Positions 24,657 through 36,787 of a stretch of DNA of 64,000 nucleotides are shown here, one piece after another. The notes beneath the pieces were generated by a model. That model searched no databases and had not been told where the DNA came from. It saw only the letters and a list, made by a program, of their open reading frames with translations. How positions within the stretch are numbered: position 1 is the first letter of the stretch; every line of letters begins with the position of its first letter. The stretch comes from Octopus vulgaris (lineage: Eukaryota): contig OX597814.1 of the NCBI GenBank assembly GCA_951406725.2, forward strand, positions 173,476,001 to 173,540,000. Reading direction: 5' to 3'. The position numbers and the translations under genes are program-made.

Positions 24657-25167
24657 TATTGTGTCAGATAATTGACATTGTGTAAAACTCAAGACTGAAT
24701 TCAGGAAAAGAAAAAATATATATACTAAGAATAAAAGAATAAAGGAATCTAGACAGGAATATAGGAATAAAAGATTAAAGCAGAACAGCAAGAGAATAAT
24801 GAAGGTCAGTAATAGAAAACTGACACTTGGTGATTGATGGATTACATATGGTGTCGGTGGTGTGAAGACAAGTTTGCAGCAACTTTCATGCATCACCACA
24901 TTCTGTGCATAGCATGTGAATTTCATGGATCCCAGTACAGCGGCTTTTATGTTTATATTGAATGTGAATATGTGTTGGGGAGTGAGGTGGCGATTACTTG
25001 CGGCGCGCGAGCATGCGTCTTTGGTAATTAAGACCTAAGTCCAGATCTTGATTTACACACAAGCTTTGTAGTATAATGTAGTAGTAGTAGTAGTAGTAGT
25101 AGTTGCTGTTGTTGATAGTGGTGGTTGTGGTGGCAGCAGTCGATGGTGGTATTGGTTGTAGTGGGTC

Positions 25168-25400
25168 AAGGCGGCGAACTGGCAGAGACGTTAGCACGCC
25201 GGGCGAAATGCTTAGCAGTATTTCGTCTGTCGCTACGTTCTGAGTTCAAATTCCGCCGAGGTCCACTTTGCCTTTCATCCTTTTGGGGTCGATTAAATAA
25301 GTACCAGTTATGCACTGGGGTCGATATAATCGACTTAATCCGTTTGTCTGTCCTTGTTTGTCCTCTCTGTGTTTAGCCCCTTGTGGGTGGTAAAGAAATA
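25168..25400 (+). mobile_element. Full monomeric tail-A SINE with 18-bp TSD
   Basis: TSD TATTGGTTGTAGTGGGTC at 25150-25167 and 25403-25420. This defines the monomer boundaries. Confidence 0.92.
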
Positions 25401-25837
25401 GTTATTGGTTGTAGTGGGTCTTTTTACACCCAGATCAGCTCTGATCGAGTTCATTTCTGATCAAAGCTGTTCTTCTTACGACTACTCTCTTTACTCTTTT
25501 ACTCTTTTGTTTCAGTCTTTTGACTGTGACCATGCTGAAGCACCGCCTTTAGTCGAGCAAAACGAGCCCAGGAGTTATTCTTTGTAAGCCTAGTACTTAT
25601 TATATCGGTCTGTTTTGCCGAACCGCTAAGTTACGGGGATGTAAACACACCAGCATCGGTTGTCAAGCGATGTTGGGGGGGGGGGGCAAACACAGACACA
25701 AACATATGTATAAGTTACGGGGACGTAAACAAACCAGCACAGGTTGTCACGTGGCGATGGGGTACAAAAACAGATACAAAGACACACATACATAATTATA
25801 TATACAACGAGCTTCTTTCAGTTTCCGTCAACCAAAT

Positions 25838-26513
25838 ATTTATTGTCAGGTCGCTCTTGAGCGCTACTGGTAACATGTAACCTGTCGCGTGGTCGGGTCG
25901 TCCATCAACACCACCGTTCTTTCCGCTAAGTTTTTTAGCCATTGTTTAGGTGGGATGATTTCCCACTCTAACGCAGTGTTCAATTGCTTCGCCATGGAAA
26001 CAGTTAAAAAAATAAAATTTCAAACAATTGCTTGGTGAGGAGGGTGATTGTTGGACACCCTGCAGGACGAAAAATAAGACCCGTCAAAGAGCGGAAGAAC
26101 AACTGTGTAGTCAACGGCCAATTCAACAAGTACTTTGTCGCGGTGAAATGTCTGTGCGCTCCATTGACCTGGAGAGCTATGCTGGAAAGAGAGAAATCTT
26201 CAGGCAGGTCTTACCAAGCCAGATAGATCGAAGGGTAGGAGACAGACAAAACCTTAACGACAATAAATCGAAGTGTCAGCAGCAGGACATGGATTTAGTT
26301 ATCGGCAGGACCTAACAGATCAGATTCCAAGCTTTGAACTAGCAGAATGTCATGCAGAGGATCTTGAATACAAGACAATGGCTGAGACCCTAATATTCCT
26401 AGTTAGATGGAAACTGCGGGAACACATGGAGTAGCGCCCTGTGACTCCTATAGTATGCGCAACCGAAACCGCTAGGGGCGTCCTATGAGGCGACTTAGAT
26501 GAGATAGATGAGA
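25838..26513 (-). mobile_element. Degenerate LINE-like 3' fragment inserted in a minus-strand CORE SINE (25485-26650)
   Basis: The SINE is broken at TCAACCAAAT (25828-25837) and resumes at TCTACTAAAT (26514-26523), an imperfect TSD. The insert ends AATAAAT on the minus strand. Confidence 0.55.
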
Positions 26514-27034
26514 TCTACTAAATCCATTCACAAGGCTTTGGCTGACCTGAGGCTAAAGTAGAAGACACTTGCCCAAGATGTTATGCAGTCGGACTGAACC
26601 TGGAACCATGTGGTTGGAAGCAAGCTTCGTTCTACACACCCACGCCTGCACCTATTTATTTATATATATTTACATTTGATATTGTTATTGATGATATTCT
26701 TTCGGGGAAAAATACCTAAGTGGCCCAAATGGTAGGGTAGCGGGACTTGCAATAGTTAGCAAGCTATAAGCTTTTTCTCCTTTTATATTTTTTTATCTAT
26801 TTTTCTTCTGTGTATATATACTGATTTTAGGATTGGATGGACACCACCTACTAAATTTTAGTCGGTTGTATAAATTACGCCAGTACTTATTTCAAATTTG
26901 AATCCATTCAACTCAGAATGTGAAGGAACACAACCAAATACACAATCACTGGACTGTGCCCATACTGGAGCACAGCATTCAAAGATATAATCAAATATAA
27001 TGACCTCGTTTCTCTACTGTTTCGTATTGCATCA

Positions 27035-27114
<80 letters not shown>

Positions 27115-27384
27115 CAACAATTGAGGGTAAAATTAATTAATTATTAATCAATTTCACCAAGTGTTCAGTATGCAAAGGGACCATTTAAGGCGAATTCAAA
27201 TTATTACATTATATAAAAGGGCTTAGTAAAATAAATTACTTTGCCGCATACTGAACTCATTAGAAATAGCAGCTAAAAAACTTTTTTAAAACTATTTCTA
27301 ATACTTAAAGAAAATCTCTCTCATATATAGTGTTTGCTTAATTCAACTCACAAGAGTTTGGGGGTAAGGTATATATATATATTG

Positions 27385-28597
27385 TGGGAAGAAACTGACA
27401 AGAGCTTGGGTCTGCGGGCTGCCACCCGAGATGGAGCCCAGTGGATGGAGGACACTATCCGCCGGGGTCTGGGTGGCAACGGACCTAAGCTATTAAATGT
27501 GAAACTATTGCCGGCGGCTGATTGGGTAGAGTCAAAAGCGGTTTTGACCCTATGGATCCAATCAGCCGCTAAGGATCTGATATTTCCAGATTTTTTTAAA
27601 ACGGCCGGTTGCAGGTACCCAGTGATACTTGAGGGACGCCCCCCAAGTGTCACCTGTGCCTGGAACCGGGCCATATTAAGAAGAACTGTCCCCAGGACCA
27701 AAGTAGGATCCTGGAGCATTTAGTAAAAGTAGCACCCCCTCCTCCTTCGGAGGGAGAGATGGAGGCAGTCGAGGAGGTGGAGACCTCCTCGAAAAAAGGG
27801 AAAAAAGGAAGAAGGTGGATAACAGTGGTTTCCAACCGAAGGATCCCAAGGCTGCGGGAGGAAGGGAAGATCCTCCGGATAAAACGGAAGAACCACGCCC
27901 TCCCGTAGTAAAAGAGAGAAAAAAAAGAATGGGACATTGCCGGCGGTTAGTAGTACACTGCTGGCATGTCCTGAAACCTCGTTGGTGGGAATTGGACCAC
28001 CGACGGACGAAACTGTGGCCCCTCTCATTATGATGAAGGATAAATTTGTGATCTTTTTCATAAGGGAGGGACTGTACAGTGCATTGTGAAGAAGCTAGAA
28101 GGCCGGAGAGAGGGGATCCTGTTCTGTACTGAAGACCGGACTGGCCTCTGCAGTTAAATGCGCAGGTCATAATAGAAAATGATATGTTCAGGGTGATGGA
28201 CTCCTTTCTCAAGGACCAATACAGTTTTGCTTTCTGGGGCCCCGACTTAGAACTGCGGGATGGCCTGCGGTAGGCAAGTTGCCTGGTCGGGGAGGAAAGA
28301 TAAGTGGCCTTAGTGCCTCGATTTGAAATTTGAATTTGTTATTTTTTGGTAAGAGGCTCAGCGCCTCGTCTTGTAAGGACGATTGCATCCATTCTTTGAA
28401 CTTTGGTAAGAGGTTCAGTACCTCATTTTGTTTTGTTGCGAAAAAGAGAACAATGTTTTCCGGAAGCAGCAATCGGCGAGCGTTGTCTGCTTTCCCCCAC
28501 CAACCATCCTTTCATTTTTTTATTCCATTATCATTTGTGTCTTTGTCCAGCCCGCAAATACATCTTTGTAAGGCTGTATGGCCAATTTATGAAATAA
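27385..28597 (+). mobile_element. L1/Tx1-like ORF1 (gag-like) element followed directly by a 3' UTR, with no ORF2
   Basis: YPVILEGRPP, then after a frameshift CHLCLEPGHIKKNCP (CCHC knuckle). Stop near 28313, then ~285 bp T-rich UTR ending GAAATAAA. Confidence 0.7.
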
Positions 28598-28960
28598 AGT
28601 AGCATGGTTACCAACCATATTGTTCCGGGTTCAGACCCACTGTATGGCACCTTGGGCAAGTGTCTTCTTCTATAGCCTCGGACCGAACAAAGCCATGCGA
28701 GTGGATTTGGTAGACGGAAACTGAAAGAAGCCCGTCGCATATATGTATATGTATGTGTATCTATGTTTGTCCCCCCAACATCACTTGAGAACCGATGCTT
28801 GTGTGTTTACGTCCCCGTAACTTAGCGGTTCGGCAAAAGTGACCGATAGAATAAGTACTAGACTTCTAAAGAATAAGTTCCGGGGTCGATTTGCTCGATT
28901 AAAGGTGGTACTCCAGCATGGCCACAGTCAAATGACTGAGACAAGTAAAAAAGTAAAAGA
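28598..28960 (+). mobile_element. CORE-type SINE lacking its first ~20 nt
   Basis: Begins at AAGTAGC immediately after the ORF1-only element and is complete to the GTAAAAGAG tail. Confidence 0.88.
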
Positions 28961-28998
<38 letters not shown>

Positions 28999-29790
28999 CG
29001 AGAGAGAGTAAGGAAGGGAGAGAGAGAGAGGAAGATTCTAAGATATATTTTTCGAGAAAAATATTACGAAGACGATAAGTTATTGCCCCTGCTATCATGA
29101 TACAAAAAGAAAACTACAGCATATGAAGAAAACCTGAAAGATCTATGACATTGAGCAAATTCATGGAAATATTAGACAAGATTCGTGTTCAAAAATAATT
29201 CTTCACACTCATTCCAGTGTTACAGATACTCAACAATTTTGTAACTGTTCTTAGACTATATAGTCAAACGCTATTCGCGCATATTTTTAAATTTTCGATC
29301 GTGTACACGTGTAAATTCACGCGCATATAGACGTGTGTGTGTGTGTGTGTGTATGTGTGAATATACATATACAATAATAAACATACATACATATATATAC
29401 ACATATATATAACATACATATATGTACATACATATACATACATATATATGTGTGTGTATGCATGCGTGTATGAACATATATGAATGTGAATATGTATATA
29501 TATATATATACACACATGTACGTATATGTATACGTGTCTTTATGTGTGTATGTGTATATATATATATATGCACACACTCATTATATCACATGCATGTTCA
29601 TATATACACATATATATACATATATACATATATATACATATATACAAATATACATACATACATATTAACATATATCTATATATGCATATACTTATATATA
29701 CATAGATATATACATACACGTATACACATATATATACATATATACATATATTATATATATATATATATATATATACATATATATATACAC

Positions 29791-29897
<107 letters not shown>

Positions 29898-30103
29898 GGA
29901 GGACTTTTACTCACCAGGTAATATGGATATACATATATATATATATATCTCACCTACATGCAAATATAGAGATTGAAAAGCATATTTGCACACACACACA
30001 CACACACATATATATACTTTCATATTAGCATGTCATATATATATATATATATATATATATGCATGCATACATATATGTACATACGTACATATATATAAGT
30101 ATG

Positions 30104-30150
<47 letters not shown>

Positions 30151-30538
30151 CGAACCACAAGCATATATATATACAACCATTCATACACAAGGCATGAAAA
30201 CATGCACATCGCATACACACAGTGTGAAAGCGAGGGCAAGAGTTAGGAATAGTAAGTTAAGAAGGGAAAGACACGTAAAAACATATGCTAGCATTTTGTA
30301 TAAAGGATTGAATGAGAAGATATATAATACACATATATATACACACTGCACATACAGGTACACCGACGCATACGTACACATATGCATATACATACACACA
30401 TATATATACACATACATATACATACACAGATATATAAGTATATATACACAGATATATAAGTATACGAATGCATATATCTATACTTTATATATGTCTGTGT
30501 GTTTGTGTGTGTGTATGTGTGTACATATATATAGATAT

Positions 30539-30572
<34 letters not shown>

Positions 30573-30731
30573 CTAGCATATATATTATGTATATTATATA
30601 TAAGGGAGTTAGATTAAGAGAGGAAGAGGAGGAAGTTAATAATAAAAGCACGAAATGCAAAGATTATGTGAGAAGAATGGAAGACTGATAGAATTCAATA
30701 AGCTAGGTGGTAAAAAGCATATGTGTGTGTT

Positions 30732-30777
<46 letters not shown>

Positions 30778-30787
30778 CGTGTGTTTG

Positions 30788-30848
<61 letters not shown>

Positions 30849-30973
30849 CATATATATATAGAGAGAGAGAGAGTGGCAAGAAAGGTTTTTAGATAGATAT
30901 GCACGTGTACATATGTACGTGTGTGTATATATGTATATGTATATACATATATGTCGACATATATGCACGCGCA

Positions 30974-31009
<36 letters not shown>

Positions 31010-31519
31010 TGTATGTGTAACATAAAACTGCATATATGTATATGTGTCTGTGTACATATACATTTATTCAAACACACGCCCACATGGGGAGGATAGAGTG
31101 GAAAATGAGAAGAAGAAGAAGAAGAAGAAGAAGAAGAAGAAGAAGAAGAAGAAGAAGAAGAAGAAGAAGAAGAAGAAGAAGAAGAAGAAGATACTTCCGC
31201 CACCATCAGTAACAACAACAACAACAACAATAAAGATATGAGAGATAATGAGAAAGACACTGCGAGGCGGGGTGACGTCGGATATCGATCGGTGTCAGAG
31301 AAAGGAAATAAGGCTGAGTAAAAAGGTGGGCAAAAAATAGAGAGAGCGAGAGAGAGGAAAAAGACAAATCTCGGTAGATATATAAGAAACCAGTACAAGT
31401 TTGATGTGATTGATGACAAAGAATATGAGGCATCGTATACACGTTCATACACATACACACATACACTCATACACACACTAACGCATACATTGGCACATAT
31501 GAACACATATACACGACAA

Positions 31520-31610
31520 CGCAAAATGGAGGTAAAGAAATGGCGGCGTTATCTTCGGGTGACGTCACTCATTGAAATGCTTCTCATTCAACGATGATAA
31601 ACCGGCCGTC
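31520..31610. promoter_or_regulatory. Candidate regulatory island (YY1-like sites plus palindromic CRE)
   Basis: CAAAATGGAGG, AAATGGCGGC (31538), GTGACGTCAC (31559-31568). A further GGTGACGTC lies near 31271. Confidence 0.35.
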
Positions 31611-32124
31611 GGTGTGTAATGTGTACGTACGGATGTGTAATGTAATGTAATTTGTGCCCATGTATCTATTGTGCCGATGTGTGTGAAATGTAATGTGTGT
31701 GTAATGTATGTATTTATATATATATATATATATGTAACGCATGTACTCTACAGTGTGTGTAGGTAATGTATATGTAATGTTTATATATATATATATATGT
31801 GTGTGTTTGTATGTGGATGTGTGGGTGCAGTTTTGTGTGTGTGTGTGTATGTGCGCGCGTGTGTTATGTGTGTGTGAAATGTAATGTATATATCGTACAA
31901 TCTAATGTGTATGTATATATATATATATATATAATTATACATATGTGTGTATGTGTGTGAGTAATGTGTGTGTGTGTGTAATATAAAGTATTTGTGCAGA
32001 TGCATGTGTGTGTAATGTAATACATAATGTATTATTCATATGGATATATATATGTGTTTATGTATGTATGTATGTATGTATGTATTCATGTGTCTGTAAA
32101 CATGCACGTATGTATGCATGTGCG

Positions 32125-32177
<53 letters not shown>

Positions 32178-33047
32178 TTGCGTGTGTGTGTGTTTGTGTC
32201 TGTGTCTATGTGTGACCGTGTATGTATGTATGTATGTATGTAAGTATGTACATATGTCTGTATATTCGTCTGTCTTTATACGTGCTGAAGTGCGTATGTG
32301 TGCATGTATGTATAATGTATGTAGTTATGCGTGCAATATGTGTATGGAAGCTTATTTGTATGTAATAATATGTAAGAGATCTATGTCATGTGTGTATGTG
32401 TATGTAATGTAATTATATATGTACTTTGCGAATACGATAATCATGGTGTGTAGAGAGTACACATTATTGTTTCTTGGTCCTAAATCAGGCCTGATTCAGT
32501 AGACATCTCAAAGATTTTCTAACTGTTCCCATCCCGTCACTTTAGTCCATTCCGTCACTTTTACCCATCCCGTCAATTTCTGTTTAAGGAACACAAAGCT
32601 ACACTATCCAATAGGTATTTAGTGCAGAAGGTAGAGTGGAGGATAAGGTTTATTTGGCTACTATTGCTAGCATTTACATCTATCTCTATGTGTGTGTATG
32701 CAATGTGTATAAGGATGTATATATGTAATGTGTGCATATTAATGTCAGTAAATTCGTAAATATGTCTATGTATGTAATGTGTGTAAATATATATATATGT
32801 AATGTGTATGTATTTTTGTGAGTCCCCATATTTGTGTATTTGCTTTTATGTGTAAGCGTATATATTTATGTGCATGTATGTTTGTGTGTAAATATTAAGC
32901 CTTATGTCAGCATTTATCGATACAAAAATAAATAAAGGCTTTCCAAACGTGATCATCTCGTCTTTTATTTAGTGGTACTATGACCAAATTATATCGTAGG
33001 TTCTTACATAACACATATCTGTATATTGTAAATACATAAATATAAAT

Positions 33048-33603
33048 GTGACCCCTCTCATTATGATGAAGGATGAATTTGTGATCTTTCATAAGGGAGG
33101 AGCTGTACAGAGCTTTGTGAAGAAGCTAGAGGGCCAGAGGGAAGCGGTCCTGACATGTACTGAAGACACTGACTGGCCTCCACATTTACCTGCGGAGGTC
33201 ATGAGGGAAAATGATATGTTCAGGGTGATGGACTCCTTTCCCAAGGACCCATACAGTTTTGCTTTCTGGGGCCCCGACTTAGAACTGCAGGATTGCCTGC
33301 GGGAGGCAAGTTGCCTGGTCGGGGAGGAGAAAGATGAGAGGCCTTAGTGCCTCGATTTGAAAAATTGCAAAGACAAGTACAACTTTGACTGGCCTCCACA
33401 TTTACCTGCGGAGGTCATGAGGGAAAACGATATGTTCAGGGTGATGGACTCCTTTCCCAAGGACCCATACAGTTTTGCTTTCTGGGACCCCCGACTTAGA
33501 ACTGCAGGATTGCCTTCGGGAGGCAAGTTGCCTGGTCGGGGAGGAGAAAGATAAGAGACCTTAGTGCCTCGATTTGAAAAATTGCAAAGACAAGTACAAC
33601 TTT
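33048..33603 (+). mobile_element. Partial copy of the ORF1-only element C-terminus with an internal ~216-bp tandem duplication
   Basis: Similar to 28020-28328. GACTGGCCTCCACATTTACC...GACAAGTACAACTTT occurs twice. Confidence 0.8.
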
Positions 33604-33844
33604 GGTAAATAATCTAAGAGAATGGAACGTCATTGAAATCATGATTAGATAAAGAAAGTAACAACAAGGACAATGCTGTGTATGCATAACTCTGTGTTTG
33701 TATGTGCAATAACATTCCAATAACATTCCAGAATTGGAGAAGTAAATTAGCAATCATCGGACAACTAATTTACTTCTTCAGTTCTTGAAATTCATTAGCA
33801 TGAAACTGTCCGGTAGCACGAATTGACTGTTATAAAGTCTACGA

Positions 33845-34225
33845 GCAGGTAGATTCATTAGAACGCTGGACAAAATGCTTAGCGGTATTTCGTCTGCCGT
33901 TACGTTGTGAGTTCAAATTCCGCCGAGGTCGACTTTGCCTTTCATCCTTTCGGGGTCGATAAATTAAGTACCAGTTATGCACTGGGGTCGATGTAATCGA
34001 CTTAATACCTATGTCTGTCCTTGTTTGTCCCCCTCTATGTTTAGCCCCTTGTGGGTAATAAAGAAATAGGTATTTCTTTTGGCATTTTCTTTTTTAGTTC
34101 AAGTGCTACTGCAATCGACTTTGCCCTTCATCCTTCGTGGTCGATAAAATAAGTACCAGTAAAATACTCGGGATGTAACTAACCATCTACGCCTAAAATT
34201 GCTGGCCTTGAGCCAAAATTTGAAG
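33845..34225 (+). mobile_element. Young tail-A SINE body nested in an old diverged SINE of the same superfamily
   Basis: Diverged head, near-consensus body, then diverged remainder. GGTATTTC is duplicated at 33884-33891 and 34069-34076. Confidence 0.8.
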
Positions 34226-34264
34226 CCATTAATTGACTTTGAAGAGACTTCAATATTATATTAA

Positions 34265-34480
34265 TAATTCTTTCTATTATAGGTACAATCCCCGAAGCTT
34301 TGGGAAAGGAGAGTAGTTGATTACATCGACCCCAGAATTTCACTGTACTTAATTTATCGACTCTGAAAGAATGAAGGTAAACTCGATCTCGGCGGAATTT
34401 GAACTCAGAACATAGCGACGGGCGAAATACTGCTAAACATTTCGCCCAGCGTGCTAACGACTCTGCCAGCTCGCCGCCTT
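34265..34480 (-). mobile_element. Tail-B SINE monomer
   Basis: Head, B-box and central domain recognisable. Confidence 0.8.
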
Positions 34481-34501
34481 AATATTATACAAATAATAAC
34501 A

Positions 34502-34568
<67 letters not shown>

Positions 34569-35237
34569 TAATAATAATAATAATAATAATATACACAAAT
34601 TAACACCATACATATGTATGTCTATGGATATATTTTGGATATGTATATATAAACACGTGACCGGCTTCCATATAGTTTCTGTTTGCCAAGTTTCACTCAC
34701 AAGATATTGGACAATATGACATCAGGATACAAGGGGTGTACCCCCCAGGTGCCGCCGCGCAGTGGGATTGAGCCTCCAGAACATGACTGCGAAGTGAACT
34801 TCTTAACCTCATAATCATGCCAAGGTGAAAAAGGACAGAGCTAAGTAAGGAATTTGTTCAAAATGCTTATAACGAACTTCCTTCAGAGTCAACGAGGGAG
34901 CAAAAAAAAGGTTTCTGACAAGGTTCTTATATGTGTGTATAAATTTGAATATGTATGGTCTCTTCTGCTTTCAATTATTTAAATTCTTCCTCTGAGGAAG
35001 GAGTTAGTTTCTAACATAAGATACAAAATTCCCTTGCCGGAATGTAGATAACGAAAACAATGTCACATTTTAAACTAGAGAAATGTCTGGCATATTTTTA
35101 CTGTTCCACTTCCAGGTTGTATTTGTAATGTGCGAATTAGTTGATTTCTTTTTCTGAAAATCCAAGTTTACCGAAGCTGTCAGTTAAGCACTTAGTCACA
35201 AAACCAAGTGCACCAGTTTATTATTGGTATAAATTCA

Positions 35238-35575
35238 GGGCGGTGGGTTGGCAGAAGCGTTAGCACGCCGGGCGAAATGCTTAGTAGTATTTCGTCTGCC
35301 GTTACGTTCTGAGTTCAAATTCGCCGAAGTCAACTTTGCCTTTCATCCTTTCAAGGTCGATAAATTAAGTACCAGTTACGCACTGGTGTCGATGTAATCA
35401 ACTTAATCCCTTTGTCCTTGTTTGTCCTCTCTATGTTTAGCCTCTTGTGGGCTATAAAGAAATAAGAATCGTTAGCACGCCGGGCAAAGTACTTTGCGAC
35501 ATTTCGTCCGTCTTAACGTTCTGGGTTCAAATTCCACCGAGGTCGGCTTTGTCTTTTATCCTTTCGGGATCTTTG
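35238..35575 (+). mobile_element. Tail-A SINE nested in an older SINE head
   Basis: After the tail AAAGAAATA the sequence restarts at AGAATCGTTAGCACGCCGGG with a more diverged copy. Confidence 0.78.
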
Positions 35576-35700
35576 TCTTTTATCCTTTGGTAGAAAGAAT
35601 TATTGGCATAAATTTAAATTTGTAATCTGGATATAGAAACTGGAAGTTTCGAAGTTATCCTCTTTCTCTTTGATTTTCTTTGATTTTCAAAGAGATGTTC

Positions 35701-35998
35701 ACATCAGCTGGACAAGTTGACCTCTATGACAGTACATACTTTTTTCTGTGAGTATCAAACAACAATATCCGGCCTGTTATGCTTAAACTTGACAAATGTT
35801 TTGATGGGAATATTCCACTAATATTCCTTGCGTTGATGTTTGTGTACGTATTCAATAACAGGAGGGTTACCTATATTCCAGAACAATCTTTTTTTCCGGA
35901 TAACATTGTATGTTAAGCATAACAGGCCGGATATTGTTGTTTGATACTCACAGAAAAAAGTATGTACTGTCATAGAGGTCAACTTGTCCAGCTGATGT
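35701..35998. repeat. Perfect 86-bp inverted repeat with a 126-bp spacer
   Basis: 35701-35786 is the exact reverse complement of 35913-35998. Confidence 0.92.
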
Positions 35999-36637
35999 AT
36001 GTATGTATGTATGTGTGAATGTATGTATGTATGTGCGTGTATGTATGTATGCATGCATGTATGTATGTATGCATGCATGTATGTATGTAGTATGTATGTA
36101 TGCATGCATGTATGTATGTAGTATGTATGTATGTATGCATGTATGTATGTATGTATGTGTGCATGTATGTATGTATGTATGTATGTATGTATGTATGTAT
36201 GTATGTGTGCATGCATGTATGTATGTATGTATGTGCATGCACATGTATGTATGTATGTATGTGCACATGTAGGCATGCATATTTGTGTATATGTATACGT
36301 GTATGTACGTCTTAGTCTGAGTGTATGTGTGTATATGTGTATGTCTGTATGTATGTATGTATGTATGTATGTATGCATGCATGTATGTGTGTATATGTAA
36401 GTGTGTGTACGTATGTATGTTGTGGGATGTTTTATATGCAAGTATGTCTGTATGATGAATGTAGAATGTTTGTGTGCATGTAAGTATGTATGATGTATGT
36501 GTGTGTATATATGCTGGTGCGTAGATAGACAGGTAAGTAAATAGATGAGAATGTAAGCAGATATGTAGGTAATCACGTAGATTGGTATCAAAATATGAAT
36601 GCATGAAGCGTTGTATTAAAAATGCTGTGTATGCATA

Positions 36638-36687
<50 letters not shown>

Positions 36688-36787
36688 TTCGTGTGTCTAT
36701 GAAAGTTTGTTTTTTTTAATGCGTAATAAAAAAGAATTATCAAAAGCAGGAAAAAAGAGAAACAACAGCATCGATGACAAAAACAAT

